Part shown: positions 9,340 to 18,142 of the stretch, piece by piece | Position numbering within the stretch: position 1 is the stretch's first letter | How the letters are laid out: every line of letters starts with the position of its first letter | Virus record (IMG/VR): IMGVR_UViG_3300048591_000242 | Location: 138,180-202,179 of that record | From: a virus | Taxonomy: Duplodnaviria > Caudoviricetes | Length of the DNA stretch: 64,000 nt | Reading direction: 5' to 3' (one strand) | Translations under genes and position numbers: made by a program | The notes under the pieces: model-generated | What the model saw: only the letters and a program-made list of their open reading frames with translations | Databases searched by the model: none | Told to the model about the DNA's origin: nothing

Positions 9340-10476
9340 GTGGGTATTAAACAGAAACCGTATGTTTTAAATCTAGCCTTTATCTCAGATATACATCTAG
9401 GTAATCCTAGAGTACCTACGCATGACATTATATCTAGGCTAGAAAAGGCATTTCCCTCTAATGCAAAAACAGGGGAATTAGATATACTTTTTATAGGGGG
9501 AGATTTATTTGATCAAATATTGAATCTTCCTGAGAATCAAGTAACTGAGATTCACCTATGGATGTATAGGCTTCTAGGCATATGTAAAAAATGGGATATA
9601 AAGCTTAGAGTACTGGAAGGTACGCCATCTCACGATAGAGGACAAAGTGCGTTATTTGATACAGTAAACACCGTTAGTAAAATAGGTGCTGACTGCAAGT
9701 ATATAGACAGACTATCCATAGAGCACATGGACGATCTGGATTTGGATATTCTCTATATACCAGATGAATGGCGACATGATCCGGATGATACCTGGAGCGA
9801 TGTACAGGAGGCACTGAATAAAGCAGGCATTGATAAAGTAGATTATTCCATAATGCACGGGGTATTTGAACATCAGCTCCCTGCCCATCTTAGAATACCC
9901 ACACACATCGGTTCTAGGTATTTAGGCATTACAAGGAAGTATATCTCCATAGGCCATCATCACACCATGGTGGTGAGGGATAGGATCATAGCACAAGGCT
10001 CTTTCGATAGGCTAAGGCATGGGGAAGAAGAGGCTAAAGGTTTCTTTAAAGTAACCTCTAGGGATAGAGTAAAGTGCGATAATGATACTTTGCTATTTGT
10101 AGAGAATAAGGAAGCAGCTACCTTTAAAACCATTAACTTAGTGGGTATGGACGAGGACACTATAAAAAACAGGCTGAATGAAGTTTGCTTATATAGGCAG
10201 GGTTCGCACATTCGTGTAGTTATAGATAAATTCTCACCTAGTATGGGTCTGGTACAAAGCTATATTAAAGCTAAAGTGGAATTTAAGTGGTCTACTGTAG
10301 CAGAAGGAGAGACAGGTAGCAAGGAGATAAAACCAGTGGAATTTGATAAAACCAAAATAGCTGTAGATATAGGTAAAAGAGATATCACGCAAGTACTAGA
10401 GACTCGTCTACGTACTAAGGGGCACTCTGATAAATTTATATCTAAGGCACTGTCTTTGTTGGAGGCTATTAAATGA
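9340..10476 (+). CDS. sbcD: SbcD/Mre11-like metallophosphoesterase nuclease
   Basis: ISDIHLG, GGDLFD, LEGTPSHD, MHG and GHHH calcineurin-like motifs. Confidence 0.85.
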   Translation: MGIKQKPYVLNLAFISDIHLGNPRVPTHDIISRLEKAFPSNAKTGELDILFIGGDLFDQILNLPENQVTEIHLWMYRLLGICKKWDIKLRVLEGTPSHDRGQSALFDTVNTVSKIGADCKYIDRLSIEHMDDLDLDILYIPDEWRHDPDDTWSDVQEALNKAGIDKVDYSIMHGVFEHQLPAHLRIPTHIGSRYLGITRKYISIGHHHTMVVRDRIIAQGSFDRLRHGEEEAKGFFKVTSRDRVKCDNDTLLFVENKEAATFKTINLVGMDEDTIKNRLNEVCLYRQGSHIRVVIDKFSPSMGLVQSYIKAKVEFKWSTVAEGETGSKEIKPVEFDKTKIAVDIGKRDITQVLETRLRTKGHSDKFISKALSLLEAIK

Positions 10477-11264
10477 TTACTCGAGAATTAGGCGAGAAGG
10501 TGGCTGTCAGCATAGGCACTGCCATACCGATAGAGGAGCAGCTACTAAAGGAAAGTTTACCTATTAGTCATTTGTGGGTTAACCTTAGTACCATCTTTAG
10601 AAACTTATACGAAGCGTATGATGATCCACAGATGATACCCAGGGGCAACCTTATAGGTGAGTTTATTGAGGAGTTGGAGAATATAGCTGGTTTGTTAAGT
10701 GGGATAGTGGAAGTGGTCTTCTATTCTACGGATTCTAGTTACCTACAACAGAAGTTCCCGCACGCTAATGTAAAGGTACCTACTACACCCAAACAGAAGT
10801 TATACGCCAACATGGAGCGTTTGGCTATAGCCGCTGCCACTAACAAGAAAACAGTACCTATAATTAAATGCAAATTAAAAATACCCGGTGATAATACTAG
10901 AGCATGGATACTAACCCATCATCCTTTAGATTTAATCTCCAGGTATGAGTTTTCCGAATTGACATTACTTAGTAGCCACACCGGATCACTTAAGAAACCG
11001 GTAGAGTGGATAGCTAAGCTTACTGCTAATCCGGAATATTTAAACATGCCGTTTAACCTACTTACTATACAGGTAGTAGGTGATAGGGCCACACAGTTTA
11101 AAGCCGGTAGCGCTATCTTTAGAAAGATGTTACTTAATGTAGCTAAGGGTGCTAACTGGAAACCAACTACTACCAGATCTAAAGTTAACCACGACTTGGA
11201 TAAAATAATCGTCCCAGATGTAAGGGATATCTTTAAGAAAATGTTAAACGTAAAATTAACATAA
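10473..11264 (+). CDS. Conserved phiKZ-like protein, possible PIN/5'-3' exonuclease-like fold
   Basis: ATGA overlap with the nuclease gene; LWVNLSTIFRN resembles the FEN/RNase H first strand-helix but lacks the acidic residue. Confidence 0.45.
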   Translation: MITRELGEKVAVSIGTAIPIEEQLLKESLPISHLWVNLSTIFRNLYEAYDDPQMIPRGNLIGEFIEELENIAGLLSGIVEVVFYSTDSSYLQQKFPHANVKVPTTPKQKLYANMERLAIAAATNKKTVPIIKCKLKIPGDNTRAWILTHHPLDLISRYEFSELTLLSSHTGSLKKPVEWIAKLTANPEYLNMPFNLLTIQVVGDRATQFKAGSAIFRKMLLNVAKGANWKPTTTRSKVNHDLDKIIVPDVRDIFKKMLNVKLT

Positions 11265-11283
11265 TTGTGCTAGGAGAATATAC

Positions 11284-12063
11284 ATGACTACATTTAAAGC
11301 TATACCCAAGAAAAACGTAACGGATGACCCTAAGTTAGCTCTGTTTGGGGAACCTTGGAGAGAAGGGGATTACAGTAAGAAACCTAGTATGAAGTTGAGA
11401 GTAATCAACTCTACGGGTAATCCAAAATCGGAAGTAAAACAAAGCACAGTCGGTGTTTGGATTACCGTATATTTAAATCATCCAGATGAAAATGATGATG
11501 CAAAGAAAATTGACATCAAAATGGATGCGGTCATATCGTCTACATTTATAGCTGCTATAGAGCGAGCTATAAAGAACCGAGAAGCCACTATGTTGGGTAT
11601 AGATAACATGGGGTATACCTTTGTAGGGGGCAACAAGTCAGATAAGCCCACTAGCCTGGGTAAGGTATTTGTGGGTAGAAACGGTGAGGGAGTATTGTGT
11701 CTGGTGGTAGATGCACCCAATAGACCAAGGGCTTTATTTCCGTTTACACCTACCTTTTGGTGGGCCCTTATTAATAAGAACGGGGATAAAATATCTGCCG
11801 TAGAGGCCTCTGAGTTGGTAGCAGAAGGCTGGGTAGCCATAGTGCGTCCTTTACTAGCTATGGCTGTAAAGGAAACCTACGACGACAAAGAAGCTGCACA
11901 CAGAAAAGCTGAATTGGAGGCAAATCGTAACTCACAAGGCAATAGCGGTGGTTACAGCAAGCCGTATGAGAAGAAGAGCTACGATGACAAAAAGAGCTAT
12001 GAAAAGAAACCGTATAACAACCCAAAGCCAACCACCACAGATGTCTTTGATAGCATTCATTAA
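11284..12063 (+). CDS. chmC: Probable nucleus-associated RNA-binding protein ChmC homologue
   Basis: 259 aa beta-rich domain plus disordered N/G/Y/K tail (EKKSYDDKKSYEKKPY); core-block position upstream of the sigma-like nvRNAP subunit; call rests on synteny. Confidence 0.5.
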   Translation: MTTFKAIPKKNVTDDPKLALFGEPWREGDYSKKPSMKLRVINSTGNPKSEVKQSTVGVWITVYLNHPDENDDAKKIDIKMDAVISSTFIAAIERAIKNREATMLGIDNMGYTFVGGNKSDKPTSLGKVFVGRNGEGVLCLVVDAPNRPRALFPFTPTFWWALINKNGDKISAVEASELVAEGWVAIVRPLLAMAVKETYDDKEAAHRKAELEANRNSQGNSGGYSKPYEKKSYDDKKSYEKKPYNNPKPTTTDVFDSIH

Positions 12064-12071
12064 TTAACTAT

Positions 12072-12103
12072 TTTAGGTAAAGGGCTTAGGCTCTTTACCT
12101 AAA
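12072..12103 (+). terminator. Terminator hairpin followed by TATGCC
   Basis: TTTAGGTAAAGGGC-TTAG-GCTCTTTACCTAAA, TATG at 12105. Confidence 0.75.
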
Positions 12104-12124
12104 GTATGCCTGGAGTACTGTAAA

Positions 12125-12673
12125 ATGAATAGTGAAAAAACAGTTAACATGCACACGGATATAGATGTGGCTAGATACTTATTAGCTACAGAAAACGCCA
12201 AACATATGTTTCTGGCATTAAGGGAAGCCATGTCGCCCTATGGCCAAGTAGATATGACCGTACATTGTGGCATATATACCAACAATGACAATCTGCTAGC
12301 AGCCATGTACAACTTATGTATACCTCTGGATTGCGTAAGAAACAATGAGGGCATAGGCAGTATAGTGTTGACGGTAGATAATAGGATATGCCCTACCTAC
12401 AGATACGATCGTGAGAACAGAGTACTGGTGTTCGATATGGCCCATAACGGAAAACATGTTAAGGTACAAATACCGCCTATTCTAATTATGGGTATGTGCG
12501 TGCGGGATTATCCTAGCACTAGAGTTAGTGTATCTAACTATGGGATAAATGAGTTTATCTCTGTAGCCGGAGATATGGCTATTACTAAATGCCCTGAGAC
12601 CATATACAAAAGAACGTTAATAAAGGGACAGAAGAATTTACCAGATAACGTGGTTTCTATATTCAACAAATAA
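12125..12673 (+). CDS. sspB: SspB-like ClpX adaptor, paralogue 1
   Basis: IPLDCVRNNEGIGSIVLTV...LVFDMAHNGKHVKVQIPPILIMGMCVRD aligns with the SspB core (VPMEYARDGQIVLNI...VRFNARFGGIPRQVSVPLAAVLAIYARE); tail DNVVSIFNK. Confidence 0.7.
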   Translation: MNSEKTVNMHTDIDVARYLLATENAKHMFLALREAMSPYGQVDMTVHCGIYTNNDNLLAAMYNLCIPLDCVRNNEGIGSIVLTVDNRICPTYRYDRENRVLVFDMAHNGKHVKVQIPPILIMGMCVRDYPSTRVSVSNYGINEFISVAGDMAITKCPETIYKRTLIKGQKNLPDNVVSIFNK

Positions 12674-12685
12674 TGAGGTTTTACT

Positions 12686-13243
12686 GTGACTGATAATCTA
12701 CCTTACCTTGAGTGTAACACTGAGCGATACCTAGCCAGCACTATAGCGGCTAAAGATTTATTTATGCATATGCGAAGCATTATGTCCAAGTATGGTACAG
12801 TACATGCCGCTATAAACTGTGGTACCTTTGTGAGTCCAACTGAGTTTATACCGGCGATGACCAATCTTAAAGTACCACAACCATACATAGAAAATCGAAA
12901 TGGTGCCGGTGTCATGATTTTGTCTGTATCAGAAGGCTCGTGCATTCATTACGACTATGATCTGTCTAAACGAGTTTTTGTTTTTAATTTGAGTTTCGGA
13001 GGTGTAGCCACTGTAGTACATATACCGCCTATTTTAATAGTGGGTCTGTATGTTAAAGACCACCCAGCTACTGTATCTACCATATCTACATACTCACGAG
13101 ATGAGTTTATTGGGGTAGCCAACGGTATGGCAGTTGGTATATGTCCAGATGAGGTCTATAGAAATTTGTTTCTACCGGTACATGAACCTGTAGGTAATGT
13201 AGTTAGTATATTCGATAAAAGCAAGGGTAAGCCGTCTAAGTAG
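12686..13243 (+). CDS. sspB: SspB-like ClpX adaptor, paralogue 2
   Basis: VPQPYIENRNGAGVMILSV...FVFNLSFGGVATVVHIPPILIVGLYVKD matches the SspB core including FGG; tail GNVVSIFDK. Confidence 0.78.
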   Translation: MTDNLPYLECNTERYLASTIAAKDLFMHMRSIMSKYGTVHAAINCGTFVSPTEFIPAMTNLKVPQPYIENRNGAGVMILSVSEGSCIHYDYDLSKRVFVFNLSFGGVATVVHIPPILIVGLYVKDHPATVSTISTYSRDEFIGVANGMAVGICPDEVYRNLFLPVHEPVGNVVSIFDKSKGKPSK

Positions 13244-13294
13244 TATTTAACGGTACCTACGTATTGGGTAGACCCGTTTTAATAGAATGACAGG

Positions 13295-13304
13295 TATATA
13301 TTAC
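13295..13304 (+). promoter_or_regulatory. Early promoter
   Basis: AGG-TATATATTAC, CAACCAC 12 nt downstream. Confidence 0.75.
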
Positions 13305-13337
13305 CTACATGTAAACCAACCACGCTAGGATGTTATC

Positions 13338-14774
13338 ATGGAAATAAAAATGAGTGAAATTGAAAAGAATATTCTTTTCGTCACCCACAGAGGGGAGAGT
13401 ATTCGGTGCCCTACCTCCGGATACTTTAAGAAACTATCAACCACAGGCAATAGCTTTGACCCATTAAACGAATACTGGGCCACACTTAGCACGCTGCATC
13501 AAGACGCCATATATGCGCTATACGCTGAAGCCAATATGGTTATCGAGGAAACCAATAGTTTTGACAGAACTAAAGCCGATTTGACTGATATCGTAGCTAG
13601 ACTGTTTGATTTAATAGACTACGGTCATCTAACTGATTGGGTACTTAGATATGGTAAGATTTCTTACAACAAAGATATCGCTACGTCCTATAGTGGTGTC
13701 TATGAAGAAAGATTAACTTATCTAAAAGACGACTATGATGGTCTGGTTGTGCTATCCATGTTCTTTAAGATGCTTACACCTATATGGGGTTTATTCTCTG
13801 ATACTTCACCTAATTTGGATATGGGGTTTAAGGAGATAAATGCATTAGAGATGATGGATACGTCTAAGGTACATTCATTACCGGCCATGGCCAGATTAAA
13901 GGACTATTGTGAGGCATTGGTAAATAAAAACAAGAAGGGGATGACTCCTGCTATACTGGGTAGACATATTGGTACCAGTGAGGTACCTAAGTACTTTTTG
14001 GCGTTAGCCGTCGTGCGCAGGTTAGCGATAGGTGACATTAGAGACAACAAAGACACGTTGATAAAACTGGTTTATAAGTTTCTAAAGTCAAATATAGAAA
14101 ACCTTAGCAAGGGTGTCAGGGATAAGCGTGGGTACAGTAGTGACCCAGATGACCCAGAGTCAGTAGCAGAAAGATATCGTATTTCTCAGAGGGTACCAGA
14201 TAACGATATTACTACTGCCGAGTCTTATGTAAAAGACATAGCTAGGTTTGTAACCGATGTATCGCCTACGGGTAATGTAGATAAAGCTATCGCTTATGTA
14301 AACGCTATTAAAAATAGCGCTAGCTTTAGCATAGCTGGATTTCACATACAGTTCATGGGACTAGTTTGTGATAGGGTTATAAGTCCTAGGACATGCAGAT
14401 TAATGTCAAGAAATAGTTATTTAACTGTTTTGGGAGTTACCGCTGGTTGGTTATCTGATAACGGGTATCAACTACTGGCCAACATTATAATGTCGCCTAG
14501 ATATGAAAGAGACCCTGAAGCCATGCAAATGCATTCGGTATCTGGTTTTGCTTTTACTGGATTAATTAAGGAAAACCGTGAAGCCTTGGATGCTATTTAT
14601 AGCCACCAACAGCTAGACTTACAGGGTAAATCTAAGGGTAACCCTGGAGTAATGATGATTGATATGATCGTGGAAGAAATAAATTCTTACGATTGGGATG
14701 AAACGTTAGTCGTACCACAGAACATAAGGAACGACATAGCTGCACTGTTATTATACCGGGAGAACGCGCTGTGA
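13338..14774 (+). CDS. Non-virion RNA polymerase sigma-like specificity subunit (phiKZ gp68-like)
   Basis: 478 aa, helical, VAERYRISQ-type motif, early promoter, core synteny. Confidence 0.7.
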   Translation: MEIKMSEIEKNILFVTHRGESIRCPTSGYFKKLSTTGNSFDPLNEYWATLSTLHQDAIYALYAEANMVIEETNSFDRTKADLTDIVARLFDLIDYGHLTDWVLRYGKISYNKDIATSYSGVYEERLTYLKDDYDGLVVLSMFFKMLTPIWGLFSDTSPNLDMGFKEINALEMMDTSKVHSLPAMARLKDYCEALVNKNKKGMTPAILGRHIGTSEVPKYFLALAVVRRLAIGDIRDNKDTLIKLVYKFLKSNIENLSKGVRDKRGYSSDPDDPESVAERYRISQRVPDNDITTAESYVKDIARFVTDVSPTGNVDKAIAYVNAIKNSASFSIAGFHIQFMGLVCDRVISPRTCRLMSRNSYLTVLGVTAGWLSDNGYQLLANIIMSPRYERDPEAMQMHSVSGFAFTGLIKENREALDAIYSHQQLDLQGKSKGNPGVMMIDMIVEEINSYDWDETLVVPQNIRNDIAALLLYRENAL

Positions 14775-16267
14775 GCTTAACAAATACCATAGAGTTAGTA
14801 AAGGCCTCATTCATAGGTGTACCCTGTGAGGCAAACATGCACTATCGCCCATACAAGGCGACATTAGATACCGCTACATTAAATGAGGTAGCAGAAACTA
14901 CCAGAGGTGGCACTAATATAGGGTCCAATGCATTTAGCGGTGTAGCTGGCAGAATCTTAGCGCCATCGAGTCAGTCTATGGGGGGTCTAATGATTCCATA
15001 CGGCTGGGATCAGCGACGCTACAGTGTTGTACTGGAGTTTGATGTGATAACGCCATTTGCCGTCGAGCGCTCTATTATAACTGGATATACCGGTTATGAT
15101 GAGATCACTGCAACTGGCCATTTAGATCCAAATATGCCCATATTTGTAAACAGTCACACCATAGCTACCGCTACTGCATTTAAGGATCAAATGGGTATTC
15201 GTCGTAACGCCTATAGAAGTAATGGGGCCAAGCAAGTACTTAGTGGTGTACAGTACATTAACAATACTGACGGTAGTGTTAATACGGCTAGTACACCAAT
15301 GCGTCCCTCAGATGCTTTGTTATACAAACAAAGACAAGAGATGTGTCTGCTAAATAACGTTGTAGACGCTCGCTCTATGTTGGGAGATGGATATTTGTCA
15401 TCTAACCGAGATAACGTTATTGGCAGTAAGTATTTATCTAAGGTCTGTATGGGCTATAGACAGGCGGCCTTATCCAATAGCGAGTATGCTGATACCGATG
15501 CGGTTATTTATGGAGATGCTGCTGAGGTATACGGTGTAGCTGAAAGCAACATAAACAAATCTTTGTTATTCCAAAGACTGAAGGCTCTTACTAGTTACGG
15601 ACATAACAACTCCATAACTGTAGGTGAATTGGCTAGCGTATGGCCACAGATTCATGACGATACCACTAAAACGGTTATTCACATGACTCCTGGGCTACCA
15701 GAGACTACAGCTAACTGTAACAACCACTGGGGTGGTGCTATAAAGGAAACTGCATTGGCATATATGCTTTGTCAATCAGTACCTGCATTGATGAGTACTT
15801 TACTATTTAGTGAGTTCTCTTTTGCTATGGATAACAAAACTATGGACGGCAGCGTACGTATAGCTCTATTAGGCATGCCTAAGTTCATTGTACCGATTCC
15901 AGATGACTTACATCGAATCCAGGCTATGGAGAGTAATCTAGTATCTGACGTAGCCGCACAAATTACTTCTAGTGGTGTAACTGATTTTGATGTAGTTATG
16001 ACCTGTAGGATAATCGGTAGCAATCAAGTTACCATTTCTGTCAACGGAGGGGAAAGAATACCCTATAGCGCTCCGGCTTACTGTGATGCCATATACACAC
16101 CTGTAATGGGTGAGAGCGCCGATTCATTAGTTAATTTAGGTAATGACATCGGTTATATGCTACATGGTATATTTGGAGACAGCCACAATAGGTCCAATAT
16201 ACAGCAGCCTGCGGTAGCGTGGGATGACATTAACGATACACCCGACATATACCTAGGGGGAATGTAG
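14771..16267 (+). CDS. picA: Probable nuclear import factor PicA/Imp1 (phiKZ gp69-like)
   Basis: 498 aa, GTGA-coupled directly after the gp68-like gene as in Chimalliviridae; call mainly by synteny and size. Confidence 0.62.
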   Translation: MSLTNTIELVKASFIGVPCEANMHYRPYKATLDTATLNEVAETTRGGTNIGSNAFSGVAGRILAPSSQSMGGLMIPYGWDQRRYSVVLEFDVITPFAVERSIITGYTGYDEITATGHLDPNMPIFVNSHTIATATAFKDQMGIRRNAYRSNGAKQVLSGVQYINNTDGSVNTASTPMRPSDALLYKQRQEMCLLNNVVDARSMLGDGYLSSNRDNVIGSKYLSKVCMGYRQAALSNSEYADTDAVIYGDAAEVYGVAESNINKSLLFQRLKALTSYGHNNSITVGELASVWPQIHDDTTKTVIHMTPGLPETTANCNNHWGGAIKETALAYMLCQSVPALMSTLLFSEFSFAMDNKTMDGSVRIALLGMPKFIVPIPDDLHRIQAMESNLVSDVAAQITSSGVTDFDVVMTCRIIGSNQVTISVNGGERIPYSAPAYCDAIYTPVMGESADSLVNLGNDIGYMLHGIFGDSHNRSNIQQPAVAWDDINDTPDIYLGGM

Positions 16268-17640
16268 TGAAACCTATAGTAAAGTTCTATAAACAATTTT
16301 TACAAGACTTAGGCCTTACCATTGGTGACGATGATGAGGTGATGTTGGTGGTAAAGGGACATGACCCTATACACATTAAAGTGAACGTTAAACGGGGTAA
16401 AGTATTTAAGCAGTTGCCTTTGTACTTACCCACTGACAGACATTTAAACGTGGATAATGGGGATAAGGTCTATTTTCATCCAGCAGGGGAGAGTTGTTCT
16501 CGCGGGCAAAGTGAGGTATTTAATGCTACACTTAAAATTGCTACTGAACGTATGTTTGCAGCAGTTACCTGTACAGTAGATAGTTTGCTTAAGCTGTGTG
16601 CCGATAGGGAGGCGCATAGTAACTCTAATGTTACTGTAGAGGCAGTGGAGCTATTAAGAGACGTAGGGGATGTATCTAAGCCTACAGTAGAGCAGTGGAA
16701 ATCTTTATTTAAGAAGACTACTGGGTATACTGGGGAAAGACCGATTATGTCGGTAGTAGTAGGTAGAAATAAAACCATAGATAAGGTTAGTTATTCTAGA
16801 ATCTGTGGTGTGCGTTTACCTATATTAGACAGTGCTGACATGTATGACATAAAGCTAACTAAGACTGCCCAGATGGCAATACGTAAGTCATTTGATTTGG
16901 TTTTAGGTAGTGAGCCTTGTGTTAACGGTAGTAACTCTCCTACAGCACCATACTTCATGGCATTGGCCAAAACCTATCATCAAGTAATGACCAGCGTTAT
17001 GTCTGTGGTTCGTATTATAGAGCCATACATGCATGGTGAAGTTAAGTTTGATGGCCGGTGGCTAAAATCTCTGGATAAACTACATGACTGGTATAGAAAC
17101 GACTTCTATATTCAGTTAGAAGGTAATTTGGGTTTAGGTAAGACCGTAGAGGAAGAAGACAAACCTGCAAGTAATACACAGGCTCCCCAACGTATCCTTA
17201 CTGAAGCTAGACAGGACTCTAGTGAATCCAGTGTGCGTCCAGTACAAATGCCTACACAGCAGCACGTGGAGCCTATACAGGTACCGGTAAAAGAGCCTGT
17301 GCCAGATGACGGCATACCGAGATTCAAACCACCCACTGGCGCTACGTTGCCTCCTCCATTACCTGCATACCAGCAATATGGTTACGGGCAACAGCCACAA
17401 AACAACGATACTTACTTTGATAGCCGTACCGGTACATACCGACCCAGGGGCAGCAACAATGTGGCGCCTAATCAGCAGCCGCAGTACCAGCAACCCCAGC
17501 AATATCCACCTGGGTACGCTCCACCACAACCACAGTACGTACCACCACCGACCTATCAACAACCACAACAGCCTATGGGTTATCCACCACAAGTGCAGCC
17601 TATAGCGTATGACCAATACGGGAGACCAATATACAGGTAA
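16267..17640 (+). CDS. Conserved phiKZ gp70-like protein with Q/P/Y-rich disordered tail
   Basis: 457 aa; YFHPAGES motif; C-terminal ~90 aa low complexity (QQPQYQQPQQYPPGYAPPQPQY). Confidence 0.6.
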   Translation: MKPIVKFYKQFLQDLGLTIGDDDEVMLVVKGHDPIHIKVNVKRGKVFKQLPLYLPTDRHLNVDNGDKVYFHPAGESCSRGQSEVFNATLKIATERMFAAVTCTVDSLLKLCADREAHSNSNVTVEAVELLRDVGDVSKPTVEQWKSLFKKTTGYTGERPIMSVVVGRNKTIDKVSYSRICGVRLPILDSADMYDIKLTKTAQMAIRKSFDLVLGSEPCVNGSNSPTAPYFMALAKTYHQVMTSVMSVVRIIEPYMHGEVKFDGRWLKSLDKLHDWYRNDFYIQLEGNLGLGKTVEEEDKPASNTQAPQRILTEARQDSSESSVRPVQMPTQQHVEPIQVPVKEPVPDDGIPRFKPPTGATLPPPLPAYQQYGYGQQPQNNDTYFDSRTGTYRPRGSNNVAPNQQPQYQQPQQYPPGYAPPQPQYVPPPTYQQPQQPMGYPPQVQPIAYDQYGRPIYR

Positions 17641-17650
17641 TGGCATAAAG

Positions 17651-17681
17651 ATACTCACTCCCACTAAAAGGGAGTGAGTAT
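17651..17681. terminator. Bidirectional terminator between convergent genes
   Basis: ATACTCACTCCC-ACTAAAA-GGGAGTGAGTAT 12-bp stem. Confidence 0.82.
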
Positions 17682-17702
17682 ACTTATCGCTCTATTTTAT
17701 TT

Positions 17703-18047
17703 TTATAATCTACCACTAGCACTAAGGTGTCTATCCAGAATACCAGTTATGGTGGAAGGTCTAATTATTTTGATTTGCATGTTTGGGTCTAGATAGTCGC
17801 CACTGGAATGTAATTCATTTACTCTTAGAGTTATCCAATGTAAATGCTCTCTTACACCTAGCTCTATAAGTAATCCAGTAAAGTCACCTTTGTATTTACT
17901 GTACTGTCTGCCACTAGGAGTCTCTACTCTTTCTATGCCACTTACACGAATTAAATCTAAATGATCTTCTATTACTTGACGAAATTCAGGACTATGAAAC
18001 TCAACAGGGCCCATATCCCTGGCTGTTCTTATAATAGACATTGTCAT
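17703..18047 (-). CDS. Conserved small protein, possible baseplate wedge (gp53/LysM-like)
   Basis: 114 aa, minus strand between the gp70-like and RNAP genes; HWITLRVN motif; function tentative. Confidence 0.45.
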   Translation of the reverse strand: MTMSIIRTARDMGPVEFHSPEFRQVIEDHLDLIRVSGIERVETPSGRQYSKYKGDFTGLLIELGVREHLHWITLRVNELHSSGDYLDPNMQIKIIRPSTITGILDRHLSASGRL

Positions 18048-18100
18048 GTTGTTATACCCTAGATTATGATTTATATATTATCGTCTAACCGATTGTTAAG

Positions 18101-18110
18101 TATATATTAC
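18101..18110 (+). promoter_or_regulatory. Early promoter
   Basis: TATATATTAC, CAACCAC 12 nt downstream, AGGAG SD. Confidence 0.75.
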
Positions 18111-18142
18111 TTAAATGTAAGACAACCACTATAAAAGGAGAA

